Shown: positions 9,152-18,562, numbered from the stretch's first letter. The stretch: DNA of 64,000 nt from Candidatus Heimdallarchaeota archaeon (GCA_030603365.1 JAUVXV010000008.1:1-64000); one strand, 5' to 3'. Notes: generated from the sequence alone by a model not told the origin. Numbers and translations: made by a program.

Positions 9152-12100
9152 TCATCCTGTAAAGGATGAGAATTGCATTCTTTCTAGAATACCTTTGTTT
9201 ACAAGTTTAAATACACTAGTTAGTGTATCTTCCATCGGGGAATCATGGAATTTTGTGAGAAGTTCGCTAATAGCTGCTTGTTCTTTTTTCTTCATGTAAA
9301 GAGCAATTCTTACATCGTTCTTTTCTAGCTTCTTTATTTCTCCAGCTTTTGATTGATTGAATTTTAGAGGAAAATAGAGCCATATATACAAAGAATCTGC
9401 AACTTTATCTTGAATTAGATGTCTCTTTTTCTGAAACATCTCAACTCTTCCATCCCACATATCTTCTTTAATTTGAAAACTATATTCAAACCACATTATT
9501 AAATCGAATAGTCTTACTTGAACTTCTTTGATTATGTCTTCAGTTGAAAAGAGGAAAAGAGTGTAAGTATCTGATCGGGCACTATTAACTACAAAGTTTC
9601 TATATTCTAGTTTTTTAATTTCACCAGCTTCTGTTCCACTTATTGTTTTCCCCATTTGAGTTAAAGCCGCTAAGAAACCTGATACTAGAGTAGATTCGAC
9701 AAAAGATTTTTCACCGATATCTACTTCGAAAATTGGTAAACTTGTTTCAGTATGAAGTATTAGAACTTTCTTCATAGCTAAAACACTATCTAGTAGACCA
9801 ACAACTTTAGATTTATCTTGAATATCCATTATTTCAGCTGGTCTCTTTCTATATGATATTGCTATAGCCATAATAGCTATAATGGTTATTATCATGAATG
9901 CAGCTACTGCAATTATGATAATTGCATACAATGGTAGTGGAAGCTGTGCAGAAGCTGTTATTTCAACTGAAAAACTGACTGATATTGCTTCATCTATGTA
10001 GGAAGATTTGAAATTCTCTTTTGTAATATCTAATGTAATGTTTGCTTTTCCTGAAGTTATCCCATAATCTGCTAACTTTACTGTAACATAAACTATACTA
10101 CTTTGGTTTGAAACAGAATAAAAATCACTTGAAACTGGGTTATTATTGATTTTTAGTGATATTGTATCAGGAAGAATTGAACCTTTCGTTGGATCTGTTT
10201 CATTAATTACACTGAATGCTAATATCACTTCTTCTGAAGTATTGGTTTCAATGCTTTGTTGCACAGGAAGTATACTATATACATTGAATATCTCAATTTG
10301 AATATCTACCATCTCTTGAATACTCCAAGAATCATTCAACACTAAAGTAACGGTTCTCAAACCAGCTGTTGTTAATATTGGAATTGCTCCACTAAACTCA
10401 AGTGGATATTCGTCTAGATATCCTTCAAGATTCCAACTAGTTAAGTAACCTATACTAGCATTTTCAACTGGTGAACCGAATTCAGTGAAGAAAGGCTCAC
10501 TATTAGAAAAGAACGAGGCTTTAACGTTTAGAGCATCCCCATTCCTTCTGAGTATTGTCTGAGAGTCATCATTTGTCCAGATATCATTTGAGGGGAGTGT
10601 TTCCCAAGAAGCATTAAAGATTATAGAAGCGTGGACAGATATTCGGATGGAATATATTCCGATTTCTGTTCCATTTTCCCAGAACACAAAAGCAGTCCAA
10701 TACCCAACAGGATCACTTCCATAAACTGAAGGATCTAAAGAAATGTCTGAGGTAAATATGCCTAGACCACTAGAAGTAATTCCAGAATGTGAGTAAGATG
10801 AACTATCTGTATAAGACAGATTTGAAGGGAAAGAAGTCTTGATAGGAAGGATAGAACCTACCGGATTAAAGAGAGTAAAATTTGTTACACCACTGATTTC
10901 ATTGTTCTTTATATTTAATGTAGCAAAAATAGTGTCTCCTTCATAACCATATGCATTAATTCCATCGTTAGTCCAATATCCTAAAGTAAATTCTTCGGTT
11001 AGTTCACTTCCATCCGAGAGTGTTAACTGTTGTACATAATTAGGACTACTCGTATAAAGATCGATAACTCCTGGTTCAGTATTATTACCAAGTTGAAGAA
11101 GGTATCCTTCAACATTTTTTGAGATGATACTAATAGATGATAAATTATAATTTGCAGTAAAAACATCATTCCAATCCGTAGGTACAATAAGAAGTTGTGT
11201 TCTATTTAGGTTTGAATATGGAGAATAATCAATATAGCCAATATTCCAAGTAAAATTCCACAAAATGGAATAAGAATCGAAAGATGAATTAAAAGCTTGG
11301 TAGGTTGAAGATGCTGTTTTCTCATCATAGAATGTGTACCTATTAACTAAATCAATCTCAATTGAAGTATCTGAGGTTATGTGATGTAATCCGGTAGAAG
11401 AAATAGAATCTGTAAAAGTATTTACTATTACAGAATTATCTTCAAGTAATATCCCAGTCAAATCAGTGAAAACCATTGCTGAACCACTAGCATTCGAAGG
11501 TAAAATATCTACAATCATTGTATGATCTATAGAAATCAAAGAAGACCAAATAAAGCTATCATTTCTATAATAGGTGTCTCCACCGAAACCAGAACTTTTT
11601 AAGTGTCCTCTCCACATAAATTTCTTTTGAGAAGTTGGATCCCTTTCAGTTAAATTTGCTACGATGAAATAAAATCCTTGTTCTAATAGAACATTAGTAA
11701 AATCGTAGTAAGAAGTACTTCCAGGGGAAGGTAGTGGATTAGCAGTGTTATATGGATCATTAACATCACTTGAAATTATATTACTCATATTTGGTTTTCC
11801 AGTGGACTCTTCTGCTTTAACGAGTAATAGTTCTAATACATTCAAACCTGTGTGACTAACTGTACCAAAAAGGTCCAAATTAAGGTAAGCTCCATAGAAA
11901 GTTGCGTTTGACCAAGGAATTTCAAATCCTTGTGCTATTGTTATTATTGGATCTATAATTACTTGTTCATCAGCAAAGAGATTTTCGATAGTATAGTTGT
12001 CCCTTTTAGCTCTAACTTCTGTTATTCCATAGTATAAAAACTCAGCTGAAAAACCTGTTAAAGGGTCAATTGTATAATCAGATGCGAATTTATCATCTAT

Positions 12101-12406
12101 ATCATCATATGTAAGATTCAAGCTTAACTCATGGTCTACTGTAATTCTATCCCTTGCAGTAAAGCTTGAACCTGGGTTTGACACATTTGTTATTGGATTA
12201 TAATCATTCAATGAGTAATATGTCGTATCAACAGAATTCTCACTTAAGAGCAGCTCATTTGAATCAGGAAAAACATCAGAATTCGGAACAATATTAGCTG
12301 TTATTACGTGTTCAGATTGTACTGCTATAGTACCATAAAGCATAGTCATAATTAGTATACTTACAGTAATCTTTCTTGAAACGTTCTTTCTCCATGAGCT
12401 TCTCAT
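9152..12406 (-). CDS. Large single-pass surface protein with cytoplasmic longin-like + winged-helix domain (paralogue 3, more divergent)
   Basis: IAQGFEIPW, LGYWTNDG..AYGYEG, LDPSVYGSDPVGYWT, TM LYAIIIIAVAAFMIITIIAIMAI, then KVLILHTETSLPIFE..STLVSGFLAALTQMG..GEIKKLEY and IWLYFPL. Confidence 0.8.
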   Translation of the reverse strand: MRSSWRKNVSRKITVSILIMTMLYGTIAVQSEHVITANIVPNSDVFPDSNELLLSENSVDTTYYSLNDYNPITNVSNPGSSFTARDRITVDHELSLNLTYDDIDDKFASDYTIDPLTGFSAEFLYYGITEVRAKRDNYTIENLFADEQVIIDPIITIAQGFEIPWSNATFYGAYLNLDLFGTVSHTGLNVLELLLVKAEESTGKPNMSNIISSDVNDPYNTANPLPSPGSTSYYDFTNVLLEQGFYFIVANLTERDPTSQKKFMWRGHLKSSGFGGDTYYRNDSFIWSSLISIDHTMIVDILPSNASGSAMVFTDLTGILLEDNSVIVNTFTDSISSTGLHHITSDTSIEIDLVNRYTFYDEKTASSTYQAFNSSFDSYSILWNFTWNIGYIDYSPYSNLNRTQLLIVPTDWNDVFTANYNLSSISIISKNVEGYLLQLGNNTEPGVIDLYTSSPNYVQQLTLSDGSELTEEFTLGYWTNDGINAYGYEGDTIFATLNIKNNEISGVTNFTLFNPVGSILPIKTSFPSNLSYTDSSSYSHSGITSSGLGIFTSDISLDPSVYGSDPVGYWTAFVFWENGTEIGIYSIRISVHASIIFNASWETLPSNDIWTNDDSQTILRRNGDALNVKASFFSNSEPFFTEFGSPVENASIGYLTSWNLEGYLDEYPLEFSGAIPILTTAGLRTVTLVLNDSWSIQEMVDIQIEIFNVYSILPVQQSIETNTSEEVILAFSVINETDPTKGSILPDTISLKINNNPVSSDFYSVSNQSSIVYVTVKLADYGITSGKANITLDITKENFKSSYIDEAISVSFSVEITASAQLPLPLYAIIIIAVAAFMIITIIAIMAIAISYRKRPAEIMDIQDKSKVVGLLDSVLAMKKVLILHTETSLPIFEVDIGEKSFVESTLVSGFLAALTQMGKTISGTEAGEIKKLEYRNFVVNSARSDTYTLFLFSTEDIIKEVQVRLFDLIMWFEYSFQIKEDMWDGRVEMFQKKRHLIQDKVADSLYIWLYFPLKFNQSKAGEIKKLEKNDVRIALYMKKKEQAAISELLTKFHDSPMEDTLTSVFKLVNKGILERMQFSSFTG

Positions 12407-12532
12407 TCTTAGACCTCTAAACTAAAGGATTCACTTTGAAACTGCTGGTTAATCTATTTATATCTGTGTAAAGCACAAAATATATCTTGTTATTTAGGAA
12501 AATGGAGTAAAACTCTATTTTATTTTAGCAAT

Positions 12533-13213
12533 CTACTTCTTATCAAATTCAAAAAAAGTCTGTGTAAATTGGTCAGAGGTTTCTGTTATAATAAATTCCT
12601 TTTCAACAAGTTTGAAAATCAGTGTTAATAACTCTTCATGAGTATAGTTATCTAGCTCATTCATCAATCTCATTATGGAAGTCTGTTTGTGTTCTGCAAA
12701 GTGTGTCAAAATTTCTCTCAATAGTGTGCTTTCGCTCTCTATTTCAGCTAATTTTGATATATCAATTTCAAGTGGATAGAGAAGCCATAAACTGAAGAGA
12801 TGAGTCATCTTATCCAGTATACTCATTTTGTAGTAATCAGAAAATTCAATTGAATAATCACCTTCTGTACTATCAAAACCAAAAATTAAGTCAAACCAAT
12901 TAACTAAATCATTCACTTTTATCCCTAAGTCGCTAAGCATCTCTCTTTCACAGAAAAGATAAGCGGAATACGAACTATAGCTTCCACAATATACTACAAA
13001 ACCATAGTATTTAATTAAGCGAACATCTGCGATCAAGCCTATTGTCTCTACTTCTAGAGGGTCTTCATTTTCGAGGATATCACAGATAATAGATGGATCC
13101 AAATTAATCTGACTATTCATATCCATTTCAAACAGAGGTAAGCATTGTTCATGTTGCACTACAAGGATTTTTCTTATCATGAAAACATCTTGGAGTATTT
13201 TTTCATATTCCAT
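12533..13213 (-). CDS. Soluble stand-alone longin-like + winged-helix protein, paralogous to the cytoplasmic tails of the three downstream membrane proteins
   Basis: IRKILVVQHEQCLPLFEMDMNSQINLDPSII, DLVNWFDLIF, LWLLYPL and LIFKLVEKEFI align with the tails of paralogues 1-3. No TM segment. Confidence 0.75.
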   Translation of the reverse strand: MEYEKILQDVFMIRKILVVQHEQCLPLFEMDMNSQINLDPSIICDILENEDPLEVETIGLIADVRLIKYYGFVVYCGSYSSYSAYLFCEREMLSDLGIKVNDLVNWFDLIFGFDSTEGDYSIEFSDYYKMSILDKMTHLFSLWLLYPLEIDISKLAEIESESTLLREILTHFAEHKQTSIMRLMNELDNYTHEELLTLIFKLVEKEFIITETSDQFTQTFFEFDKK

Positions 13214-13335
13214 CTCTTGCTAACCTCTTCTTCTCTAAAATATAATAAGAACTTTGTACTTATTTAAAATTGTTAAAGTGTCCATTGATTTGGTATAGTA
13301 TAATATAGGGCTTTACCAATTAGATTCAGGTATCA

Positions 13336-13521
13336 ATGGGTAAAATTGGAGATTCTATCTCAAGAATTTTTTTGAAAATGATTCCTCAAAAAAAACCCGT
13401 TCTTCCAACCTCTGAGCAACAGTTTTATGAGAAAGGAGGAAGAATTTTTAGAGATATCAAAGGAAGAAAAGATAAATCCCGTATTGTAGAAGGGATGGCA
13501 AAAAGAGATTGGGGTTGGTAA
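13336..13521 (+). CDS. Small basic hypothetical protein (61 aa)
   Basis: Fills the gap between genes. AGGT lies just upstream of the ATG and an AT-rich TATA-like element lies further up. No recognisable domain. Confidence 0.5.
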   Translation: MGKIGDSISRIFLKMIPQKKPVLPTSEQQFYEKGGRIFRDIKGRKDKSRIVEGMAKRDWGW

Positions 13522-13536
13522 AACACCAAAATCCCA

Positions 13537-15051
13537 TTATTTTCTCTTAGATTTATAATATCTCAAGAATATAATTGTACAAATCCCAACAATATCAGCT
13601 ACTAACCAAATTACAATATAGTTTGTTTTTGATATAAGGAACGCTGGTTGATCAATCTCTAGAAAAACATTCGGCTCATCGGTAGTAACTGATGTTACTC
13701 CTAGTGTCCATACTTGTTGAAATCTTGATGCAATATTTACTGTCCAGACATTAATGTCTATACCCGCTTCTGCAAAATCCTTGAAGAATTTGTCATTTTT
13801 CCCATGGTGTGTATTAATCATATCATATCCAGTTGCTTGGAATTCTTCTACAGTTATATAATCTACAAGGTCCAGAGTCAAAGCAGTTGTCATACTAGGA
13901 GCACTTAGGATTACTTTATCTAACCAGTCTCTCTCATACGAGGTCACCCAGATTTGTTCATCTATACTTGCATTGATAAGTACATCAAGAATTATGTCGA
14001 AGTATTGATCATAATATGGATGACTCTCTTCGAGTGTATATTTGAAATCCACTTCTACTAATAGATTAGCATCTCGTGAGAAATTTAGAGCTTCTTCTAA
14101 AGTTGGGATTGAAGCATTCTGATATATATCTAGCATAGATTGTTGTATTTCACCTCTGGCTATTGTTCCATGAGGATCTTCATTAACAAACCATGCACCT
14201 GCATTCAACTGCTTTATTTCACTCATAGTAAAGTTACTAGCTGGTTCATCTTCTCTTTCTGAAAATTCTTCTGAAACATTTGTAGTTCTTTTCAAGGTAC
14301 CATCATGCATAAGGAATGGAATGCCATCATAACTCAGCTGAACATCAATTTCCCAACCACTTGCATTGATCTGTTGAGTAAATAATCCTGCTTCTATAGT
14401 ATTTTCTGGAGCAAAATGAGCTCCTCCACGATGAGCGATGATTTGTGGTTTTGCTGGTAGTTCCCCAGCTAGTACATAGGTTGGTTGAAGAACAAGAGGC
14501 ATTACAACTATCCAAGCATATAGAAGAACAATACTAGTGATGGCTAAAGCTTTTTTCAGTCTCGGTATGAAGAAAGGATTAGCTGGTTTTTTCAATATTC
14601 TTAGAAATTCCTTTGAGAGTGGATAGAGAAATATCAAGAATCCTACTGTTATGAATACGAAAATAAAGAGGCTGTAATATTGGAGAGTCTGAGTTATTAT
14701 TACAGAATCTTCTCCAAAGGTAAGTATTAATTGTACAAACAAGGCAACACCTAATACTAACGATAATATAGAAAGTATCTTGTTTACCAATGCTGGTTTA
14801 GTTTCATTTTTGTTTTTCAGATGAAAAGAATATCTAACTAGGAATATTCCTGTGTATATAAGAGGAACACAGAAAATAAGCATAATAATTAGAACATAAT
14901 TAGTTTTCAAATTGAGCATATTAGATAAGACTTTATTGAAATCCCAGTATAGTGGTCTCATCATAAGGAGAAGAATTTCTAAAAATAATATGAACAAGAA
15001 AATTATTGTGAAAAGTAAAATCCACTTTTTACCTTTTTTATTAGGAAACAT
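13537..15051 (-). CDS. Six-TM glycerophosphodiester phosphodiesterase, GDE2/GDE3/GDE6 (GDPD5/2/4)-like
   Basis: IIAHRGG...APENT, WEIDVQLSYDGIPFLMHDGTLKRTTNV, LNAGAWF..DP, INVWTVN, GVTSVTTD. Five N-terminal TMs and one C-terminal TM (YIVIWLVADIV). Confidence 0.9.
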   Translation of the reverse strand: MFPNKKGKKWILLFTIIFLFILFLEILLLMMRPLYWDFNKVLSNMLNLKTNYVLIIMLIFCVPLIYTGIFLVRYSFHLKNKNETKPALVNKILSILSLVLGVALFVQLILTFGEDSVIITQTLQYYSLFIFVFITVGFLIFLYPLSKEFLRILKKPANPFFIPRLKKALAITSIVLLYAWIVVMPLVLQPTYVLAGELPAKPQIIAHRGGAHFAPENTIEAGLFTQQINASGWEIDVQLSYDGIPFLMHDGTLKRTTNVSEEFSEREDEPASNFTMSEIKQLNAGAWFVNEDPHGTIARGEIQQSMLDIYQNASIPTLEEALNFSRDANLLVEVDFKYTLEESHPYYDQYFDIILDVLINASIDEQIWVTSYERDWLDKVILSAPSMTTALTLDLVDYITVEEFQATGYDMINTHHGKNDKFFKDFAEAGIDINVWTVNIASRFQQVWTLGVTSVTTDEPNVFLEIDQPAFLISKTNYIVIWLVADIVGICTIIFLRYYKSKRK

Positions 15052-15286
15052 ATGAATCCTTTACTATTACTATCAGTACTATAAAAAACTTCTAGCTGGT
15101 CTACTAGTAACATCCAGTAACATCCCTTTTTGTAATGTCTCCTTTCTTGGAAGAAGACCTTTAGACATTCTTACTTAACTACAGGTAATTTTTTGTGGAG
15201 AAGCTAATATAGAATGTCTATATCTAATATCTATGGAGTAATCGAATCACTAATGGTATTATTTGTAATATTAATAAGTAGAAGAA

Positions 15287-15320
15287 GAATAAACTAAAAA
15301 CGAAAGTTTATTCCCTTTTT
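15287..15320 (+). terminator. Hairpin followed by T-tract (terminator-like)
   Basis: Perfect 9-bp inverted repeat GAATAAACT (15287-95) / AGTTTATTC (15305-13), then CCTTTTT. Confidence 0.35.
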
Positions 15321-15603
15321 CATTTTATTCACTCTAAGCAAATGATAACTTTAGTCGAAATTCCATATAAATGTTTCTTGAAACAATGTATTCTTTAAGT
15401 TAATTGAAGCACCCGATTCCTAAACAATATCCAGTTTTAAACAGTAATACACTAGTTTGACTAATTGTTTGCATAATTTTGAAAATTATTAAATCGCTTC
15501 ATGAAAAATAAAATTTGTGAATATCTCAAGAAGCTCTTCAATCATTTTCTCTGATTCAAAAGAGTTTTGAGGAAAAAAAAGAGTGGAAAGAAGAATCTGA
15601 ATC

Positions 15604-16734
15604 TTAATTCTTCCTTTTCCTTCTAAATCTCAAACTTAAGGCTAAAACACCTACAGCTAAGACAATGTAGATAGATGATAAGAATGATTCTTCTAACAAA
15701 TCTTCAATTTCACCTAGACCTGTAAATACTGGAATAGCATTTAGAGGGTACAAATCTTCAGAATTTGCAGGACCACCTATTAAATATGATCCACTTCCAC
15801 TCCAATCATCCCAATAATTCCCTTCATTGCTATCATCATTATACCAAATGTTTGATGTACCTTCATCCTCTGCTTGAGAAGAACCTAGTACATTATTATC
15901 TATAAACACATTATGATGGATTTTATTTTTACTTGCTATATCGCGTAGGTATATACCATATTCATTATTGCTAACAAGTGTATTATACATCAAGTCGTTA
16001 TTTTGGGCATCATACAATTTTATACCATACTCTGCATTATCTATACAAGTATTATTAGCTACTGTACAGTCTGAAGCTGTCCCTAGACTTATCCCTATCT
16101 TAGTTTCTACGAATGTATTGTTTACTAGTTTACAGTTATCAGTTTGATAAAATGATATACCATCCATAAAACTCTCGTAAATAAGATTTTCTAAGATTAC
16201 GGACCCATCTGCTGTTTGTAGATAAATACCTTGATTTACGTCAATAAAATTGTTCCCCTCTATTAGAAGATTGAAACCGAATCTGACTTCCAATCCAATG
16301 CCTATACACGTAATATAATTATCTATAACTTTACCTGCACCATCGTTAACTTTTTTTATGGTGATTCCTGGACCGCGTGTTTTAACATAGCAATTTTGTA
16401 TGGTAAAATATTTCTTAGAATCTTCTATATATATACCTGGAATTCCAAATTGTTCTGAATTTATATTCAGGTTTTGAATCAAATATGGATCTTCTTTAGT
16501 TCCTGACCCTGGGAAAGAATAATCGGTGAAATTATCATTTATTACATTAATTGTTGTGTGATTAACTAGTCCTGAAGGTGGTGGTGGAACTTCAATTGAT
16601 ATCAGAGTTTTTGTCTGTTCTATATTAGTTGCGGATGCACTAAAATTATGAGAAGTAAAAGAAAGCAAGATTAAGAAAACTGTTAATACTGCTAGAATTT
16701 CGTTTTGGTTTTGGTTTTTGTTTTTTTTCGACAT
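15604..16734 (-). CDS. Secreted parallel beta-helix (NosD/CASH-type) protein with C-terminal TM anchor
   Basis: Signal peptide, GSGTKEDPYLIQNL, repeated GI.L...NN motifs, GNYWDDWSGSGSY.I.G..DLYPL, C-terminal hydrophobic segment then RRKRKN. Confidence 0.85.
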   Translation of the reverse strand: MSKKNKNQNQNEILAVLTVFLILLSFTSHNFSASATNIEQTKTLISIEVPPPPSGLVNHTTINVINDNFTDYSFPGSGTKEDPYLIQNLNINSEQFGIPGIYIEDSKKYFTIQNCYVKTRGPGITIKKVNDGAGKVIDNYITCIGIGLEVRFGFNLLIEGNNFIDVNQGIYLQTADGSVILENLIYESFMDGISFYQTDNCKLVNNTFVETKIGISLGTASDCTVANNTCIDNAEYGIKLYDAQNNDLMYNTLVSNNEYGIYLRDIASKNKIHHNVFIDNNVLGSSQAEDEGTSNIWYNDDSNEGNYWDDWSGSGSYLIGGPANSEDLYPLNAIPVFTGLGEIEDLLEESFLSSIYIVLAVGVLALSLRFRRKRKN

Positions 16735-17053
16735 TTTATAACTTCCTTAACTTAGGTATATAGACCATCGAAAATAACTATTTAAACATTAGTGAGAAAG
16801 ATATAGAAACTGCTAACCGTGAACAACTGAAAGTGAAAAGTTGCTCAATCTTGCCAAAGAGGGAGAAAAAGGATAAGAAAGGCTTTTCAGAGAAAAGAAG
16901 AAAGAAAAGAACATATTGCTGCTAGTGCATTTGGTTTAATGGATAAAATATGTAAATGATATAATTACCAATTAGCTACATCTTCAAATGCCTTTTTAGA
17001 AAATTTGAACTTACCCAATAGTTTATGAACTCCCAAAAAAATTACTAATTAAG

Positions 17054-17156
17054 TAGATTTAAACTAGTTAGTTATGACTGTTTTAATTCTTCACAAGATT
17101 TAGCGTCATCTGATTAATAAGTTTAAGATTTATTGGATGTCACTTCCTTAAAGTGA
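17054..17156 (+). promoter_or_regulatory. Structured 5' leader of first cold-shock gene
   Basis: Long imperfect hairpin 17054-17132 (UAGAU-UUAAAC/GUUUAA-G-AUUUA, UAGUUAG/CUGAUUA, AUGAC/GUCAU) plus a small hairpin TCACTT/AAGTGA, upstream of SD GGAGG at 17166. Confidence 0.5.
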
Positions 17157-17179
17157 AAAACTAATGGAGGAAAAGCTAT

Positions 17180-17377
17180 ATGAAAGGCACAATCAAGAGG
17201 ATCATGTATGATAGAAACTTTGGTTTTATCCAGACAGAAGACGAAGATAAAGATATCTTTTTCCATCAATCTGGTGTAACTGTTGAATTCGGTGATCTAA
17301 AAGAAGGAGATACTGTAGAATTCGATGTTGAAGATACTGATCGAGGACAACAAGCAGTCAATCTCAAGACAGTATAA
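17180..17377 (+). CDS. cspA: Cold-shock domain protein
   Basis: MKGTIK...RNFGFI (RNP1), DIFFHQS (RNP2), LKEGDTVEFDVE...RGQQAVNL. SD GGAGG. Confidence 0.95.
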   Translation: MKGTIKRIMYDRNFGFIQTEDEDKDIFFHQSGVTVEFGDLKEGDTVEFDVEDTDRGQQAVNLKTV

Positions 17378-17391
17378 AAGTCACAGAAAAA

Positions 17392-17430
17392 GTACGATAT
17401 TATAGCAATATCTTACAACTCTCTTTTTTT
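17392..17430 (+). terminator. Hairpin + T-tract after cold-shock gene
   Basis: GTA-C-GATATT / AATATC-T-TAC stem followed by T7. Confidence 0.45.
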
Positions 17431-17509
17431 ATAAAAGAAGAAAGATCAGCAATTTTTAAAATGCTTATTTATTTTCAAAATGAAATCCAAAATTCCATGG
17501 TTTGTATGA

Positions 17510-17665
17510 TTATTCAGCTAACTTCTTGAGAGCTTTATTCATTTCTCCAAAACTTTTTTTTGTTCTTTTGTCTAGATTTTTGGAGAATAGTGGAACAAGT
17601 CTACCTCTGAACTCTTCTTCATATGTAAACTTTATCTTGTCTTTACCTACTTCTTTAAATTTCAT
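17510..17665 (-). CDS. 51-aa ORF resembling the C-terminal half of an SRPBCC/START-fold protein (possible remnant)
   Basis: My translation is MKFKEVGKDKIKFTYEEEFRGRLVPLFSKNLDKRTKKSFGEMNKALKKLAE. The F..EEF.G.LVPLF....F..MN.ALK..AE pattern is typical of SRPBCC proteins. AGGTG SD upstream. Confidence 0.55.
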   Translation of the reverse strand: MKFKEVGKDKIKFTYEEEFRGRLVPLFSKNLDKRTKKSFGEMNKALKKLAE

Positions 17666-17690
17666 GTTTTTACACCTAATCTGCTTTATC

Positions 17691-18560
17691 TTAATCTGTT
17701 AAAGGCCACATGCTATCGAAAAATTCCTTTGGGGGATGAGTAAGGTCATCATTTATTCTTGTATCATGGAGTATACAAGAGCAGTAAGGGTCTCCTCCAA
17801 CTATCGTATGCTCCATCGTTAAGATGAAATATTCATTATTATTGTTATAACTCTGAAAATCACCATAACAAGCAGCTAGATATTTTAGCTCTACATCAGG
17901 TAATTCCTTTATTGCATCATCCCACATACAAGTATCCTTTCTTTGTGGAAACTTACCGTTTTCGATTAGACCTTGGACGATTACCCAACCAATATTAGGA
18001 GATTCTCCTTCTCTTGGGATTCTTGCTATTCTATATTCTTCTAGTGTATCATATTTTGGTCTCTCTGAGGATATGGATTTAACATAAGCTGTAATATAAT
18101 CCTTGAATAATTGAACTGCTTGATTTCGTTCTAGAACTTCAGTTAGAACTAATGCATTATAATATCTATGATGAAGAAATGACTGTATATAGTTTATATT
18201 CAGTACTTTGATTTTAGATTTTGTCCAATTCTTTGAATTATCAAGGTTAAGTAATTGAAGATAATATGCTAGACTATTTTGTAGTAGATCTGGATACAAT
18301 TTAAGATGAATAAAATCCTTACTTATCTCTGCTAATTTGATAATCTGTTCAGATCCATAGGGTTTTTTCAAGAGCTGAGTGAACTTCTTATTTAATTTTG
18401 TGACATAACTTGGCAAAATTCCTGGATTCTCTTTTTTAATGAATCCAAGTAGATAGTTCAATCTTTTCAAGACAGTTCTCTTTGCAAATTCTAAGGGTTG
18501 TAATTCTTGTAATCTATCAAGATCACTTATATGGTATTGACCGGTTCTAAAGATTTCCAT
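17691..18560 (-). CDS. Protein with C-terminal ATC-hydrolase-like (V4R/HNOX clan) Cys domain
   Basis: C-terminal CMWDDAIKELPDVELKYLAACYGD...LTMEHTIVGGDPYC. Confidence 0.7.
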   Translation of the reverse strand: MEIFRTGQYHISDLDRLQELQPLEFAKRTVLKRLNYLLGFIKKENPGILPSYVTKLNKKFTQLLKKPYGSEQIIKLAEISKDFIHLKLYPDLLQNSLAYYLQLLNLDNSKNWTKSKIKVLNINYIQSFLHHRYYNALVLTEVLERNQAVQLFKDYITAYVKSISSERPKYDTLEEYRIARIPREGESPNIGWVIVQGLIENGKFPQRKDTCMWDDAIKELPDVELKYLAACYGDFQSYNNNNEYFILTMEHTIVGGDPYCSCILHDTRINDDLTHPPKEFFDSMWPLTD

Positions 18561-18562
18561 TT

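Noticed and set aside
15060-15600. Possible decayed gene(s) and tandem AGTAACATCC x2 in a 550-bp gap
   Set aside because: Frames have multiple stops and no assignable family. A two-copy 10-mer is too short to be a CRISPR or meaningful repeat.
17502-17702. 66-aa plus-strand ORF
   Set aside because: Shadow of the minus-strand SRPBCC-like ORF, which has an SD and a recognisable motif.
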